This document shows positions 62,493 through 64,000 of a stretch of 64,000 nt of DNA, piece by piece (position 1 is the first letter of the stretch; each line of letters opens with the position of its first letter). The notes beneath the pieces are model-generated. The model made no database searches. It saw nothing but the letters and a program-made list of their open reading frames with translations, and was not told the DNA's origin. The stretch lies in the sequence record NC_042056.1. One strand, 5' to 3'. Made by a program: the position numbers and the translations under genes.

Positions 62493-63866
62493 ATGCTTTT
62501 TTATTCTAAGGAGGCAGCGCTGCTCGTGTATGACCAAGTCAATCGGGATAATCCTGACTTGGTAGTAGAGTTGACGCCAGCTATCGCCGCCTTAACCAGT
62601 GGCCCGACAGTAGTATCGTCAAACGGCCGCAACACGAAAGCTGTCTTTACCGGATTTCCGGGGTCGGGGTTGCAAGGTAACGTAACCCTCTTTTACGACC
62701 GCATTAACCTGTCGACCTTATTTAACTTTGTACCGAAAGTCTACATGCCGGATACCGTGCGCAATTATCGTGACGCGTTACCGGTTATCAATGAAGCTTT
62801 AGGGTTGTCGTTGACCGCGAACGACATTACCACACCCGATGCACTACTGACACAATCGTCAGCCGCACCCCAGTCAGGCAAAATCACAATCGTCGGTAAC
62901 TGTCCGGCCTTTACCGGTGCCATCAGCTTTACGTATATGCTGGAAGGGGCAGGCTTTTATCCTGACTCAGGCCCTGGACCGAAAACCTTATTACAAGGTG
63001 ACAGCCTGCGTGGTTATTTCGGTGTGGTGGATTCCGCTGAACTCTTTACCCACAAGGCGATTATCGACGCCGTGTTCTTAAAAGGAACGAAGCCGGTGTT
63101 GAGTCCCGGTACCGAAGGGTGGCACAAGTTCTTCTATCAAGGACGGGTGCTGTACTTCCCGGTGAGCGCTATCGGCTACACTATTGCTTGGCAGACGTTG
63201 TACGGCGAAGGATTGGTCTATGGCGTAGATGGCCCTGGCCCCTATCCGTCGGGCACGCCGGTTGACCAAGGTCGCATTATTGCTGCCGACTCCGTCAGCG
63301 AAGGCCGCTTCTATTACCGCTGTCGTTTACCGTCGCTGGGCAAAGACCCGGTGTCGGCGACCAACCTGCTACCGGCAACGGAATACGCGGGCAGTGAACT
63401 AGAGATGTTCAATTATCTCTATAACGGAAAGTGGGCAGCATTGCGGGGCGCTGCATGGACGGTGTACATCATGACGCAGGCCAGTGTCGTGGGGACGTTA
63501 ACCAACCACAAGGTTATTACCGGTTCTCTTGCCGCTTCAACCAACATACCGAAAACCATGGCGAGCACGAGTTACACCTGGTTCCCGGTGCTGGAGTTGG
63601 TTGACAAAAACGGCACGACCTTAGGACTGGAAGAGATCAAGGGTAACGTTGATCATACGCTCTACCCGATTCTTTTCGATACCACTAACACGATGGAACT
63701 CCATCCGGTGGTGTTAGGTAATCCACGTACCGTTGAATTTGCCCCGGTGCTGTTCTCTGCGGATAACAGTATGGCGTTGCATCCGGTGACGTTAGGCTTA
63801 CCGAAGACCGTAGACTTCACCCCCATCACCTTTACGGCTGAGTTATATACCCCGCCGGAAAGTTAA
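62493..63866 (+). CDS. virion paralogue family member 8: family N-domain fused to a different jumbo-phage tail-fibre-type domain
   Basis: N-domain RNT...G..G...LFYDRINL..INEALGL, then GPGPKTLLQGD...GYFG.V..ELF, WHKFFYQGRVLYFP and W..LY..GLVYG; C-terminal 26-aa repeats. ATG follows GGAG. Confidence 0.65.
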   Translation: MLFYSKEAALLVYDQVNRDNPDLVVELTPAIAALTSGPTVVSSNGRNTKAVFTGFPGSGLQGNVTLFYDRINLSTLFNFVPKVYMPDTVRNYRDALPVINEALGLSLTANDITTPDALLTQSSAAPQSGKITIVGNCPAFTGAISFTYMLEGAGFYPDSGPGPKTLLQGDSLRGYFGVVDSAELFTHKAIIDAVFLKGTKPVLSPGTEGWHKFFYQGRVLYFPVSAIGYTIAWQTLYGEGLVYGVDGPGPYPSGTPVDQGRIIAADSVSEGRFYYRCRLPSLGKDPVSATNLLPATEYAGSELEMFNYLYNGKWAALRGAAWTVYIMTQASVVGTLTNHKVITGSLAASTNIPKTMASTSYTWFPVLELVDKNGTTLGLEEIKGNVDHTLYPILFDTTNTMELHPVVLGNPRTVEFAPVLFSADNSMALHPVTLGLPKTVDFTPITFTAELYTPPES

Positions 63867-63878
63867 GAGGTAGTTATC

Positions 63879-64000
63879 ATGTCATTTACATTGCGTTGGA
63901 AGAACCCAAACGTAATTGCCACGGTGGTGAACATCTACCGTGACGTCAAAGATATTTCTGTTAGTGCACTACCTGCTCCGATTGCGACGTTGTCGAACGG
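63879..64000 (+). CDS. probable virion/tail-fibre protein, 3'-truncated by the window edge
   Basis: SD GAGGT, then MSFTLRWKNPNVIATVVNIYRDVKDISVSALPAPIATLSN..., open to the end of the window. Confidence 0.6.
   Translation, partial: MSFTLRWKNPNVIATVVNIYRDVKDISVSALPAPIATLSN

Noticed and set aside
1-64000. tRNA, rRNA or tmRNA genes, alternative genetic code, chimallin/tubulin genes
   Set aside because: No cloverleaf or T-loop patterns were noticed in the short intergenic gaps (tRNAscan not run). All three stop codons terminate genes normally. Nucleus-shell genes are not recognisable here, so nucleus formation is only inferred from family.

Overview
This is a gene-dense segment of a phiKZ-like jumbo myophage genome (Chimalliviridae-type, SPN3US/Erwinia-jumbo-phage-like). 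It uses the standard genetic code. All convincing genes are on the + strand except a DnaB-like helicase and the portal. The left part (1-24.6 kb) is the conserved phiKZ-type core: virion genes, helicase, major capsid protein, a split non-virion RNA polymerase beta subunit, portal, baseplate/virion genes and RuvC. The middle (24.6-54.3 kb) is an accessory region with several GNAT-fold proteins, a SLOG protein, thymidylate kinase, an HTH regulator, Dam methylase, HslV-like and HslU-like proteins, a degenerate prohead-protease paralogue, a QueC-like PP-loop protein and many hypotheticals. The right part (54.4-64 kb) holds an AmsF/WceF-like exopolysaccharide-acting beta-helix protein, which suggests an Erwinia/Pantoea-type host, followed by eight tandem paralogous virion/tail-fibre-type genes. 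Eight copies of an early-promoter-like motif (AGATAKATATTAYCT) and many cUUCGg intrinsic terminators punctuate the window. I saw no tRNA, rRNA, CRISPR array, integrase or transposase. All family assignments come from motif recognition and synteny by eye; no database searches were run. Several start codons were moved from the supplied ORF track to the nearest start with a Shine-Dalgarno (SD) sequence.
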